Assembly (NCBI GenBank): GCA_963674595.2
Contig: CAXXFV010000008.1
Span: forward strand, 256,001-320,000
Length of the DNA stretch: 64,000 bases
Direction of reading: 5' to 3'
DNA from: a bacterium
Lineage (GTDB): Bacteria > Zhuqueibacterota > Zhuqueibacteria > Residuimicrobiales > Krinioviventaceae
The notes beneath the pieces are model-generated. The model ran no database searches. It was given only the letters and a program-made list of their open reading frames with translations, and was not told the origin of the DNA. Below, one piece after another: positions 23,494-32,803 of this stretch; positions within the stretch are counted from its first letter, which is position 1; each line of letters begins with the position of its first letter. The position numbers and the translations under genes were made by a program.

Positions 23494-24062
23494 AAGATAT
23501 ATTAAAACTTGGTTTTATTCTAATGCTTATCACCGCTATTGCTGCATCCGGTTTGTCTGCTGTCTATTCGGTAACTAAACCAAGGATCCTGGAACAAAAA
23601 AGAATGGCATTGGAAAATGCTCTAACCGTTGCTTTGCCTTCCGCAGATAAAGAAGCCATTATTCCGGTGATTAAAGATGAAAACGTTTTATATTACAAAG
23701 GTTATACGGATGCAGATACCACTCAGTTTGTTGGTTATGCTTTTGTTGCTTATGGTCCGGCCTATTCCAGTACGATTGAAACGATGGTAGGTGTTGATTC
23801 TGTTGGTAAAATAATAGGCCTAAAGGTTATGTCGCAAACAGAAACCCCCGGTTTGGGCACCAAAATTGAAGAAGTAAAATACGGTGAAAGCGAACCCTGG
23901 TTTCAAAAACAATTTTTTACCAAACTTGCAGAAAAGGTCAAAGTTGATAAAGACGGCGGTGACATCCAAAGTATAACAGGTGCAACAATTTCATCAAGAG
24001 CCGTTACCAAATCAATTGTTAACGGATATGAAAAGTTAAAAGAGCAAATTTCAAATAATTAA
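23490..24062 (+). CDS. rnfG: Rnf complex subunit G
   Basis: N-terminal TM helix, ETPGLG, FMN motif ITGATISS. Confidence 0.95.
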   Translation: MKDILKLGFILMLITAIAASGLSAVYSVTKPRILEQKRMALENALTVALPSADKEAIIPVIKDENVLYYKGYTDADTTQFVGYAFVAYGPAYSSTIETMVGVDSVGKIIGLKVMSQTETPGLGTKIEEVKYGESEPWFQKQFFTKLAEKVKVDKDGGDIQSITGATISSRAVTKSIVNGYEKLKEQISNN

Positions 24063-24104
24063 AGTTGATTAAAAGAATTATATGAATATAGAGGATAGAA
24101 TAGT

Positions 24105-24707
24105 ATGTCGGCCTTTAAAGAATTAACAAAAGGTTTTTATTCGCAGAATCCGGTATTTAAACAGGCGTTAGGATTATGTCCAACCCTGGCAGTCAGTAAT
24201 TCCGTTTCTAATGGATTGGGAATGGGACTTGCCGCTACGTTTGTTCTTATTTGTTCAAACATGCTAATTTCAACGATTCGAAAAGGTGTCCCTGCAAAAA
24301 TTCGTATACCTATTTATATTGTTATTATTGCATCCTTTGTGACCATTGTTGATTTGGCTATGGCAGGTTTTTTACCGGCATTACATAAATCTTTGGGTAT
24401 TTTTGTGCCTTTGATTGTTGTAAATTGTATTATCCTGGGCCGGGCAGAAGCCTATGCCGGTAAAAATAATGTATGGCGTTCTCTTTTGGATGGTATAGGA
24501 ATGGGCCTCGGTTTTACACTTGCCCTTGTACTATTGGGAGCTATTCGCGAGTTATTGGGAAACGGCAGTTTGATGGGTGTTCCTGTTCCCATGTTAGGTT
24601 CATCCTTTGAACCGGTGTTGATTATGATTTTGCCTCCCGGCGCTTTTTTAACAATCGGTTTTGTTTTGGCCTTTTTTAACTGGCTTGAATTAAAAACAAA
24701 AAAATAA
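24105..24707 (+). CDS. rnfE: Rnf complex subunit E
   Basis: LGLCPTLAV, PLIVVNCIILGRAE, LPPGAF. Confidence 0.96.
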   Translation: MSAFKELTKGFYSQNPVFKQALGLCPTLAVSNSVSNGLGMGLAATFVLICSNMLISTIRKGVPAKIRIPIYIVIIASFVTIVDLAMAGFLPALHKSLGIFVPLIVVNCIILGRAEAYAGKNNVWRSLLDGIGMGLGFTLALVLLGAIRELLGNGSLMGVPVPMLGSSFEPVLIMILPPGAFLTIGFVLAFFNWLELKTKK

Positions 24708-24737
24708 TATTAAACTAATTATTTTGAGGCAACTATA

Positions 24738-25373
24738 ATGGATGTAAAAATGTTATTGATCATCGCCATGAGTGCGATTTTTATTAATAATTTTGTATTT
24801 TCTCGATTTTTGGGTATATGTCCCTATATCGGTGTTTCCAAGCAGCTTGATTCTGCCATTGGTATGGGCGCTGCTGTAATCTTTGTGATGACACTTGCCT
24901 CAATGGCAACATGGTTGATATATAATTATCTTTTGGCGCCGGTGCAAGCCAATATATTCTATCATATTTTCTCTTTGGAAGAGCCCCCGGATTTGACTTT
25001 TTTAAAGACAATCGCGTTTATTCTTGTTATCGCATCTTTGGTGCAATTTGTAGAAATGGTCGTTCAAAAAAGCAGCCCATCTTTATACAAGTCATTGGGA
25101 ATCTTTTTGCCGCTCATTACAACAAACTGTGCTATTTTGGGTGTGGCTATTTTAAATATTGATGAAATGTATACCTTCATTCAAAGTATTGTTCATGGGT
25201 TTGCCGCTGGTGTTGGATTTACACTCGCACTTATTTTAATGGCCGGCATTCGTGAAAAATTGGAACTCGCTGATATTCCCAAACCATTGCAGGGAATACC
25301 AATTGCTTTTATTATGGCTGGTTTGATGGCTATAGCTTTTTTAGGATTTTCGGGATTAAAACTTGGAATGTAG
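24738..25373 (+). CDS. rnfA: Rnf complex subunit A
   Basis: FLGICP, LGIFLPLITTNCAILG, AGIRE, AFLGFSG. Confidence 0.96.
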   Translation: MDVKMLLIIAMSAIFINNFVFSRFLGICPYIGVSKQLDSAIGMGAAVIFVMTLASMATWLIYNYLLAPVQANIFYHIFSLEEPPDLTFLKTIAFILVIASLVQFVEMVVQKSSPSLYKSLGIFLPLITTNCAILGVAILNIDEMYTFIQSIVHGFAAGVGFTLALILMAGIREKLELADIPKPLQGIPIAFIMAGLMAIAFLGFSGLKLGM

Positions 25374-25403
25374 TGTGTTTATACTTTTTATTAATTTAAT
25401 TTC

Positions 25404-25432
25404 TTGATTTTAAATATGAGTTTTGGTAATTT
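25404..25432 (+). promoter_or_regulatory. Putative sigma70 promoter for tatC
   Basis: TTGATT-17 nt-TAATTT with a TG extension. Confidence 0.45.
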
Positions 25433-25433
25433 T

Positions 25434-25472
25434 ACCCCTTATCCAGTCAATATGGATAAGGGGTTATTTATT
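25434..25472 (+). terminator. Terminator hairpin after rnfA
   Basis: Perfect 12-bp stem ACCCCTTATCCA-GTCAATA-TGGATAAGGGGT followed by TATTTATT. Confidence 0.75.
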
Positions 25473-25502
25473 ATGGTTATTAATTAAGAGTAAAGCTTTA
25501 TC

Positions 25503-26490
25503 ATGACTGATGATAGTAAAAAAGACAGACCCGAAGGAGATGATTTTTCTCCTGAAAAGAATAATTCTGATGAAAATTCTGAAGGCTATGAAGAGGAACA
25601 GACTGTAAACGATTCCGGGCCTTCTGCAGACGATGTGCCGGATAATGATTCCGGGCAGGATGATATTGATAATATTTCGGAACATCAAGATGATTATGAT
25701 CCGAATGAGTCTGCCGACGTATCCCCTGAACAGGAAAATAGGGATACAACTGAAAAGAAAAAAACACCGAATAAGGAAAAAAAGATGTCGTTTTTAGAAC
25801 ATCTTGAAGAGCTGCGTTGGACGATTTTAAAAAGTCTTGCCGCCATTGTTATCGGTGCTATTGTTTGCTTTTTCTTTTCAGAACAAATTATACATTTTTT
25901 AAGAAAACCCGGTCCCGAAGACTTGAAGCTCATATTTTTAGCCCCGGCTGAAGGTTTTATGATCAATATCAAGGTTGCCATGTATGCCGGTCTTGTTTTG
26001 TCTTTGCCCTATGTAGCCTGGCAGTTTTGGCTTTTTGTCGTACCCGGATTGTTTGAAAAAGAGAAAAAACTCGTTGCACCGATTGTCTTTTTCACTGTTT
26101 TTTGTTTTGCCGTTGGTGCTGCTTTTGCTTATTTGATAATAATACCATTTGGATTGAAATTTTTACTTGGTTTCCAATCGGAATATTTGGCCGCTACCAT
26201 AACTATTGGAAAATATCTCGGTTTCGTTATTACAATATTACTTGTTTTTGGGGTGGTTTTTGAGTTGCCGATACTTTCCTTCTTTTTGACAAAAGTGGGC
26301 CTTTTAACTCCTGAATTTTTACGTTCCAAAAGGTCTTATGGCATTGTTATTATTTTTATTGTTGCCGCCGTACTGACACCTCCGGATATTTTCACGCAAC
26401 TTATGCTGGCAGGTCCGTTTGATTCTTTTATATGAAATTAGTATTTGGGTATCATCAATGGTTAGAAAAAAAACAAAAACAAGCGAATGA
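25503..26490 (+). CDS. tatC: Twin-arginine translocase TatC with a long acidic N-terminal extension; +1 T indel at 26418-26420 near the C-terminus
   Basis: MSFLEHLEELR, FVVPGL, FELP, AAVLTPPD; removing one T restores GPLILLYEISIW...TSE* ending at 26490. Confidence 0.94.
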
Positions 26491-26511
26491 TGAATAAAAA
26501 TTGGAGTATTA

Positions 26512-27366
26512 TTGATTCAGACAAATTTAATAGATTTACATATACATACAAATCATTCAGATGGTTTATTCAGCCCTGAAAAAGTTGTTGAGGTTGCTAA
26601 TAGGTTAAAACTGAAAGCTATTGCAATTACAGACCATGATACGACTTCTGCTGTGGTGGAAACAATCCATTGTGCTAAAAAGTATGGAATTGAAGTTGTT
26701 CCTGGTATTGAAATAAGTTCAACATGGAACAAAAGGGAATTACATATTTTAGGTTATTTTGTTGATCCTTATAACTCTGAAATAAACGAGTATTCAAAGC
26801 TTTTTCTAGCTGAACGTAAAATAAGGGCACAAAAAAATTGTACAAAGACTTAATGAATTGGGAATTAACATAACCTATGATGTGGTTAAGAAAAAAGCCG
26901 GTGATGGCGCTGTTGGACGTCCTCATGTCGCAGAAACAATGATAGAAGAGGGCTATGTTTACTCTTACCATGAAGCTTTTGAAAAATATCTTGGATTCGA
27001 AAAAGCCGCCTATGTCCCTAAAATTAAAATTTCTCCTGAAAGAGCCATCAATATGATAAAGAATGCCGGTGGTATTCCGTTTCTGGCCATCCCGGTGTTG
27101 GAATTGAAGAAGAAATTATTTTTAAGCTTTTAACAGCCGGCCTTTGTGGCCTGGAAACCATCCATCCGAACCATTCTCCCGCTCAAACAGATTATTATAA
27201 TCAATTTGTGGAAAAACATAATATCTTGCGAAGCGGTGGTTCTGATTGCCACGGTGCAAGGCAGGGTGATATTATGATGGGTGTGCTGGCCATACCTTAT
27301 GATTATTTGGAAAAGATAAAAGAATACAGAACAAAACAGAACGCTACTGTCCGGTTTAGCGTATAA
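26512..27366 (+). CDS. PHP-domain phosphoesterase (YciV/TrpH family), split by +A (26831-26837) and -C (about 27087)
   Basis: DLHIHTNHSDG, AITDHDT, GIEIS, HILGY, GRPH; correcting the indels restores LAHPG...GLE...GGSDCHG. Confidence 0.9.
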
Positions 27367-27381
27367 AGGATTTTCGTAAAT

Positions 27382-29202
27382 ATGCCAAAACAATATAAAG
27401 TTACTTTTTATCCAAATGAAAAATCCGGTCATTTTAACCCAGACCAAACTCTATTGGAAGCTGCACGTGAACTTGGGATCCATATTTCTGCTGATTGCGG
27501 CGGTGCGGGGATCTGCGCCAAGTGTAAAGTGAAAATTCAATCAGGTGATGCACCTGCAACAAAGTTTGATGATGAATTTTTAAAACCGGAAGAAATTAAA
27601 AGCGGAATACGCCTTGCCTGTAAATCTTTAATACAGTCAGATATGCAGGTTTTTACATTTAATTCCAGTTTAAATGAAGACCAGCATATTTTAAGCGAAG
27701 GAATTAAAAATGGAAAGCACTTGGCTCCGTCCATTCAAAAAAAATATATTAATTTGGAAACACCTTCGCTCGAAACGAATCCATTTGATTATGACGATGT
27801 GCTTAATTCCGTTTCTTTGAATTGCCATACAAGTCCGTCTTTTGATTTTCTAAAAAGCTTGCCTGAAAAACTCAGGCAGAACAATTTTAGCGGCACCGTT
27901 GTTTTTGACGATAATCACATTTTAGACTTGGAAAAGGGTGATACAACCAGTGAAAATTATGGTATTGCTGTTGATTTGGGCACAACCACAGTTGTCGGTA
28001 AATTATATAACCTGCAATCCGGCGCTCACCTGACCACTGTTTCCAAAATGAATACGCAACGGGCCTTTGGCAGTGATGTTATTTCGCGTATTTCCTATGC
28101 GAATGATAATTCGGTCAATGATTTGCAGAATATGGTTATCCAGCTTTTTAATGATATTATAGATACCTGTCTGCATAAAACCGGAATTAAAAGAGAAAAT
28201 ATTTATGAGATAACAGTTGCCGGTAATACGGTTATGGAACATTTTTTTATAGGAATAAATCCGAAATATCTCGCCGAATATCCCTTTGTTCCTGTTTTTA
28301 GAGGGCCGTTTACTTTCAGGGCATCTGAACTGGGAATTAATATTCATCCTCAGGCTAATATATTTTTATTACCAATAATCGGACGATATGTCGGCGGAGA
28401 TACAACCGCTGTTTTACTTGCCTTGCAGGATATTCAGGAAACAACCTGGGTGGCTGTTGATATCGGTACAAACGGTGAAATTGTGCTGCACCATAAAGGA
28501 AATTTGATTTCAACCTCCACAGCCGCCGGACCTGCTTTTGAGGGAGCGCACATAAGCAGCGGTATGCGGGCCATTGACGGTGCGATTGACCGCGTTTTTG
28601 TTAAAGACAATGATCTGCAAATTCATGTTATCGGCGATGTAAAAGCAGAGGGCATTTGTGGTTCCGGTTTGATTGATGCTATCGGTTGTTTGAGGATTTT
28701 GGATGTTATCGATGAAACCGGACGTTTAAGAGATAAAAATGAAATCGACCAAAAACTGCAGGACCGCTTGATAGAAAATGAGGGAAAAGAGTTTATCCTC
28801 GTATATAACAGTGATGGCTCAAAAGTTTCTATAAATCAAAAAGACATTCGTGAAATTCAGCTTGCAAAAGGCGCTATTGCTTCGGGTATTGATATTTTAT
28901 TACAAAAACAAAATATTTCCTATTCGGAGATCGATGCCATATATCTTGCAGGCGCTTTTGGTCAATATATTAGAAAAGATATGGCACTTGCAATCGGCTT
29001 GTTACCGGAAATAGATGAGGAGAAAATTCATTTCATCGGTAATGCGGCCAGCACAGGCGCTGAAATTGCACTGTTTTCAAAAGAGCAAAAGGAAAAATCT
29101 AAAGAGTTGGCCATGTCTTCACAGTTTATTGAAATATCAACGGATATAAATTTTCAAAATTTATTTGCAGAAAAGATGTTTTTTCCTTACATTCAAGTGT
29201 AA
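27382..29202 (+). CDS. ASKHA-domain ATPase with N-terminal [2Fe-2S] ferredoxin (RACo/DUF4445, reductive activator of corrinoid proteins family)
   Basis: CGGAGICAKC...RLAC; DLGTTT, DVISRI, DIGTNGE, AGPAFEG, GICGSG, LAGAFG, GNAA. Confidence 0.93.
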   Translation: MPKQYKVTFYPNEKSGHFNPDQTLLEAARELGIHISADCGGAGICAKCKVKIQSGDAPATKFDDEFLKPEEIKSGIRLACKSLIQSDMQVFTFNSSLNEDQHILSEGIKNGKHLAPSIQKKYINLETPSLETNPFDYDDVLNSVSLNCHTSPSFDFLKSLPEKLRQNNFSGTVVFDDNHILDLEKGDTTSENYGIAVDLGTTTVVGKLYNLQSGAHLTTVSKMNTQRAFGSDVISRISYANDNSVNDLQNMVIQLFNDIIDTCLHKTGIKRENIYEITVAGNTVMEHFFIGINPKYLAEYPFVPVFRGPFTFRASELGINIHPQANIFLLPIIGRYVGGDTTAVLLALQDIQETTWVAVDIGTNGEIVLHHKGNLISTSTAAGPAFEGAHISSGMRAIDGAIDRVFVKDNDLQIHVIGDVKAEGICGSGLIDAIGCLRILDVIDETGRLRDKNEIDQKLQDRLIENEGKEFILVYNSDGSKVSINQKDIREIQLAKGAIASGIDILLQKQNISYSEIDAIYLAGAFGQYIRKDMALAIGLLPEIDEEKIHFIGNAASTGAEIALFSKEQKEKSKELAMSSQFIEISTDINFQNLFAEKMFFPYIQV

Positions 29203-29240
29203 AGGGAAATTATCTGTCGAAATGACGTGTTAAATATTTA

Positions 29241-29338
29241 GAGTTCAAGAATACCCTTGATTCAGGTGGTCGTACTTGTAGCCTCCCTCCTGCAGCGACC
29301 TCCGAGAAATGGCGAGTTTATCTCGCCATTTCTGTTTA
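29241..29338 (+). ncRNA. Candidate small regulatory RNA: three hairpins, CCUCCCUC loop, terminal terminator-like stem
   Basis: GAGTTCAAG/CTTGATTC; GGTGGTCG..TGTAG-CCTCCCTC-CTGCA..CGACCTCC; AGAAATGGCGAG/CTCGCCATTTCT; GC-rich island within an AT-rich spacer. Confidence 0.45.
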
Positions 29339-29393
29339 TACTCGATAAAAAATTTCCAACAGGACACCCTTTTTATTTATTAAGGAGTTTAGC

Positions 29394-30569
29394 ATGGTAA
29401 ATGAAAAAATTCAGCAGGCTTTTCAAATTCTCAAAGAAAAAAATATAGATATGTGGTTAACCTTTGCCAGAGAAACATCATCCACTCCTGACCCTGTGTT
29501 AGAGTTGATTTTAGGGGCTCATTGTGTATGGCCTTCTGCTTTTATTCTCACAAAAACCGGAAAAGCAATTGCCATTGTCGGCAGCCTGGATGTTCAGAAT
29601 ATTAAAGATCATGCAAATTATGATGTAATAGGCTATGTTGATTCAATAAAAAAAGATCTGCTTAAAACTTTCAAGATATATAATCCCGAATCTATCGCTA
29701 TAAATTATTCTACAAATGATGTACAGGCTGATGGTTTAACACATGGCATGTATTTGATGTTGCGTGAATATTTGGTAGAGACACCTTTTGCTGAAAGACT
29801 GGTATCGAGTGAAGAAATTATCGCTGCTTTAAGGGGACGTAAATCGGATGAAGAAAAAAAACGCATCAAAGCAGCCATTGATGAAACATTGGATATTTTT
29901 AACAAAGTGACGGATTATTTTAAAGTCGGTTTATCCGAAAAAAATGTAGCAGCGTTTATTACCTCTTTAATGAATAAAAAAGGACTTGAACCTGCCTGGG
30001 ATGCGGATCATTGTCCGGCTGTTTTTACCGGCCCGGATACCGCCGGGGCCCATGCCGGTCCAACAGATCGTAAAATTGAGCCGGGTCATATCCTTAATAT
30101 TGATTTTGGTATGAAAAAAGATGATTATGTTTCGGACCTGCAACGCACCTGGTATTTTTTAAAACCCGGTGAAACAGAAGCGCCTGAGCAAGTTCAAAAG
30201 GGTTTTGAGGTCATTCGCGATGCCATACAAAAAGCGGCACAGGCATTGCGCCCCGGTGTTGAAGGCTGGCAAATTGATGCTGTTGCCCGAGATTATATTA
30301 CATCTTTTGGTTATGCTGAATATCCCCACGCTTTGGGCCACCAGGTCGGCCGAAAGGCACATGACGGCTCTGCTTTACTTTGTCCTAAATGGGACCGTTA
30401 TAAAAATTTACCCTTTATGAAAATTGAAGAGGGACAGGTTTTTACACTGGAACCGCGTTTAACTGTTGAAGGGCATGGTGTTGCAACGATTGAAGAGATT
30501 GTTGTTGTAACAAAAACCGGATGTGAATTTTTATCTACACCACAAGAAAAATTAATATGTATTAAATAA
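29394..30569 (+). CDS. Xaa-Pro peptidase family (M24B) protein
   Basis: IDFG, SDLQRT, HALGHQVG..AHD, TLEP, IEE metal ligands; creatinase-like N-domain. Confidence 0.93.
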   Translation: MVNEKIQQAFQILKEKNIDMWLTFARETSSTPDPVLELILGAHCVWPSAFILTKTGKAIAIVGSLDVQNIKDHANYDVIGYVDSIKKDLLKTFKIYNPESIAINYSTNDVQADGLTHGMYLMLREYLVETPFAERLVSSEEIIAALRGRKSDEEKKRIKAAIDETLDIFNKVTDYFKVGLSEKNVAAFITSLMNKKGLEPAWDADHCPAVFTGPDTAGAHAGPTDRKIEPGHILNIDFGMKKDDYVSDLQRTWYFLKPGETEAPEQVQKGFEVIRDAIQKAAQALRPGVEGWQIDAVARDYITSFGYAEYPHALGHQVGRKAHDGSALLCPKWDRYKNLPFMKIEEGQVFTLEPRLTVEGHGVATIEEIVVVTKTGCEFLSTPQEKLICIK

Positions 30570-30619
30570 TTTTCGAACCAACCGGTACTGGCAGTCTTAA
30601 AAATACACGACTGATATTT

Positions 30620-30674
30620 TTGCGACTGTGGTGATTTCCTGAGAAGCGAATATGCCACAGCTCGCAATTTTTTT
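30620..30674 (+). terminator. Long imperfect hairpin with T tract after the peptidase gene
   Basis: TTGCGA-CTGTGG...CCACAG-C-TCGCAA followed by T7. Confidence 0.55.
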
Positions 30675-30750
30675 GTAATGAAACTAACTTGTAAATTAAC
30701 ACTGGTAAATGATCATAGAAGCGGGGGTATATTTATTGTGAAAGGTAAAC

Positions 30751-31371
30751 ATGATTTTTGAAACTATTATCGTCGGTCCATTTATGATGAATTGTTATAT
30801 TCTGGGATGTGAAAAATCGCACAAAGCTGTTGTTATCGATCCGGGAGATGAACCTGACAATATTTTGGAAAAATTGAAAGAACTTGGCTTGTCATTAGAA
30901 TATATTTTATTGACCCATGCTCATATTGATCACATTGGTGCTGTGGCAGAACTTGTTCAGCAAACCGGAGCAAAGGTTTTAATGCACAAGAATGATGATT
31001 TTTTACGTCTCAATGCCGGTGCCCAGGCTAAAATGTTTAATCTGCCTGTACCCGGGAAATTTACTGTGGATCAATATATTACAGATGATCAAATCATTGA
31101 CCTGGGTCCGTATCAGATTAAAGTCATCCATACACCCGGGCATTCTCCGGGGTGTGTTTGTTATTTGGTTGAAAATCTCCTTATTTCCGGTGATACATTA
31201 TTTTATGAAAGTATTGGACGTACTGATTTATTTAGCGGGTCGTTTTCTGATATCAGTTTGTTTATTCAAAACAAATTATTTGTTCTTGATAAAAACATTA
31301 AAGTTTATCCCGGACATGGTCCGTCCACATCAATAGAACATGAAATGAATAACAATCCCTATGTAAAGTAA
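30751..31371 (+). CDS. MBL-fold metallo-hydrolase (GloC/YcbL-like)
   Basis: THAHIDH, HTPGHSPG, GDTLF, GRTD, PGHG. Confidence 0.94.
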   Translation: MIFETIIVGPFMMNCYILGCEKSHKAVVIDPGDEPDNILEKLKELGLSLEYILLTHAHIDHIGAVAELVQQTGAKVLMHKNDDFLRLNAGAQAKMFNLPVPGKFTVDQYITDDQIIDLGPYQIKVIHTPGHSPGCVCYLVENLLISGDTLFYESIGRTDLFSGSFSDISLFIQNKLFVLDKNIKVYPGHGPSTSIEHEMNNNPYVK

Positions 31372-31392
31372 GACAGGCAGTCTAAAATTTCC

Positions 31393-31421
31393 TTGCTAAT
31401 TATTCTTTAATTGTTTATAAT
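31393..31421 (+). promoter_or_regulatory. sigma70 promoter for the vor operon
   Basis: TTGCTA-17 nt-TATAAT. Confidence 0.65.
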
Positions 31422-31493
31422 GAACTGCTAATTTAAAATTTACAGGTATGAGTCTAGTTATGCCATGATGTGATAAGACATGAAGGAGGCTGT

Positions 31494-31748
31494 ATGGCTG
31501 AAACTTTAGGCCTGAAACAAGCCAAGGTTGTGGTTCGTGTAGACGAGTGCAAAGGCTGCGGTCTTTGTATAGCAACCTGTCCCGAAGGTGTTTTATATGA
31601 ACAACATACCTTCAACCGATTGGGGTACCATCCGGCCGGATATAAAGGAAGCGGGTGCACGGGGTGTGGAACCTGTTTTTATCAATGTCCGGAACCAGGG
31701 GCGATTACAGTATATAAAAAAGGTTATATTGAAGAGGAGGTGGTTTGA
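31494..31748 (+). CDS. vorC: 2x[4Fe-4S] ferredoxin-like delta subunit of 2-oxoacid:ferredoxin oxidoreductase
   Basis: [12 protein letters not shown] and [14 protein letters not shown]; AAGGAGG SD. Confidence 0.88.
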   Translation: MAETLGLKQAKVVVRVDECKGCGLCIATCPEGVLYEQHTFNRLGYHPAGYKGSGCTGCGTCFYQCPEPGAITVYKKGYIEEEVV

Positions 31749-31751
31749 TTT

Positions 31752-32801
31752 ATGGCCAAACAACTTATTAAAGGGAACGAAGCGATAGTTAAGGGTGCGA
31801 TATTAGCAGGATGTCGCTATTTTTTTGGTTATCCAATTACTCCAGCCTCCGAAATTGCAGAAGCAGCCGCGTTTTATATGCCTCTCGTCGGAGGCACTTT
31901 TTTGCAGGCTGAAAGTGAAGTTGCTTCCATAAACATGTTGTATGGCGCTGCTTCCGGTGGTATCCGTGCTATGACAGCGTCTTCCAGTCCCGGTATGAGC
32001 CTGAAAATGGAAGGCATTTCCTATTGTGCCGGAGCAGAGTTGCCGATTGTTGTTGTTGATATTATGCGCGGCGGTCCCGGACTTGGAAATATTGCACCGG
32101 AACAATCCGATTATAATCAAATGGTAAAAGGCGGCGGGCACGGTAATTATAAATTGATTGTCCTTGCACCAAATTGTGCACAGGAAATGTGTGATTTGAC
32201 AATGCTGGCATTTGAACTGGCTGATAAATATAGAAACCCGGCTGTTATATTGGCGGACGGATTTATTGGTCAAATGATGGAACCTGTTGTTTTTCCTGAT
32301 CCTGTTACAAAACTTGAGAAAAAAGAGTGGGCCATAAATGCCGAACCTGAGGATGCTGAAAAACTTGTCTGTTCCATTCAGCTTGAACCGGAAATATTGG
32401 AACAGCACAATATAAAACTTCAACAAAAATATGATAAAGTAACACAGAATGAAATCCGTTATGAAGATTATATGGTTGACGATGCAGAAATTGTTATTGT
32501 CGGCTATGGCGTTGTTTCGCGGATTATTCAGTCTTCTATTGATATGTTGCGTAAAAAGGGACTCAAAGTAGGAATGGTTCGTCCTATTTCCCTTTGGCCA
32601 TTTCCTTCCGACCACCTTGCCGAAATAGCTGATAAAGCATCAAAATTTTTAGTTATTGAACTTTCCAATGGACAAATGGTAGATGACGTCAGATTGGCTG
32701 TAAACGGCAAGCTTCCTGTTCATTTTTATAATCGTATGGGTGGAATTGTTCCAACACCTGAAGAACTGGCTGAGCAAATTGAAAAAATTGTAGAGGCGTG
32801 A
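31752..32801 (+). CDS. vorB: 2-oxoacid:ferredoxin oxidoreductase alpha subunit (VorB type)
   Basis: [33 protein letters not shown]. Confidence 0.9.
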   Translation: MAKQLIKGNEAIVKGAILAGCRYFFGYPITPASEIAEAAAFYMPLVGGTFLQAESEVASINMLYGAASGGIRAMTASSSPGMSLKMEGISYCAGAELPIVVVDIMRGGPGLGNIAPEQSDYNQMVKGGGHGNYKLIVLAPNCAQEMCDLTMLAFELADKYRNPAVILADGFIGQMMEPVVFPDPVTKLEKKEWAINAEPEDAEKLVCSIQLEPEILEQHNIKLQQKYDKVTQNEIRYEDYMVDDAEIVIVGYGVVSRIIQSSIDMLRKKGLKVGMVRPISLWPFPSDHLAEIADKASKFLVIELSNGQMVDDVRLAVNGKLPVHFYNRMGGIVPTPEELAEQIEKIVEA

Positions 32802-32803
32802 TT

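Noticed and set aside
22760-26837. Programmed frameshifting or phase variation at the T7 run in rnfD and the A7 run in the PHP gene
   Set aside because: Runs this short are common in this AT-rich DNA, similar indels occur in 2-3 nt runs nearby, and I saw no stimulatory structures; sequencing error is more parsimonious
29203-29240. Cobalamin riboswitch near the RACo gene (AGGGAA)
   Set aside because: No B12 box or other core elements, and it lies downstream of the gene
30626-30660. TPP riboswitch (CTGAGA here; ATACCCTTGA at about 29251)
   Set aside because: Each site has only one fragment, the pyrophosphate-binding half is missing, and the downstream genes are unrelated to thiamine
31803-32615. 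270-aa antisense ORF over vorB (similar shadows at 1080-1736, 44644-45249, 53595-54101 and 56806-57135)
   Set aside because: These lie opposite well-supported genes and have no recognisable motifs; their composition mirrors sense-strand codon bias
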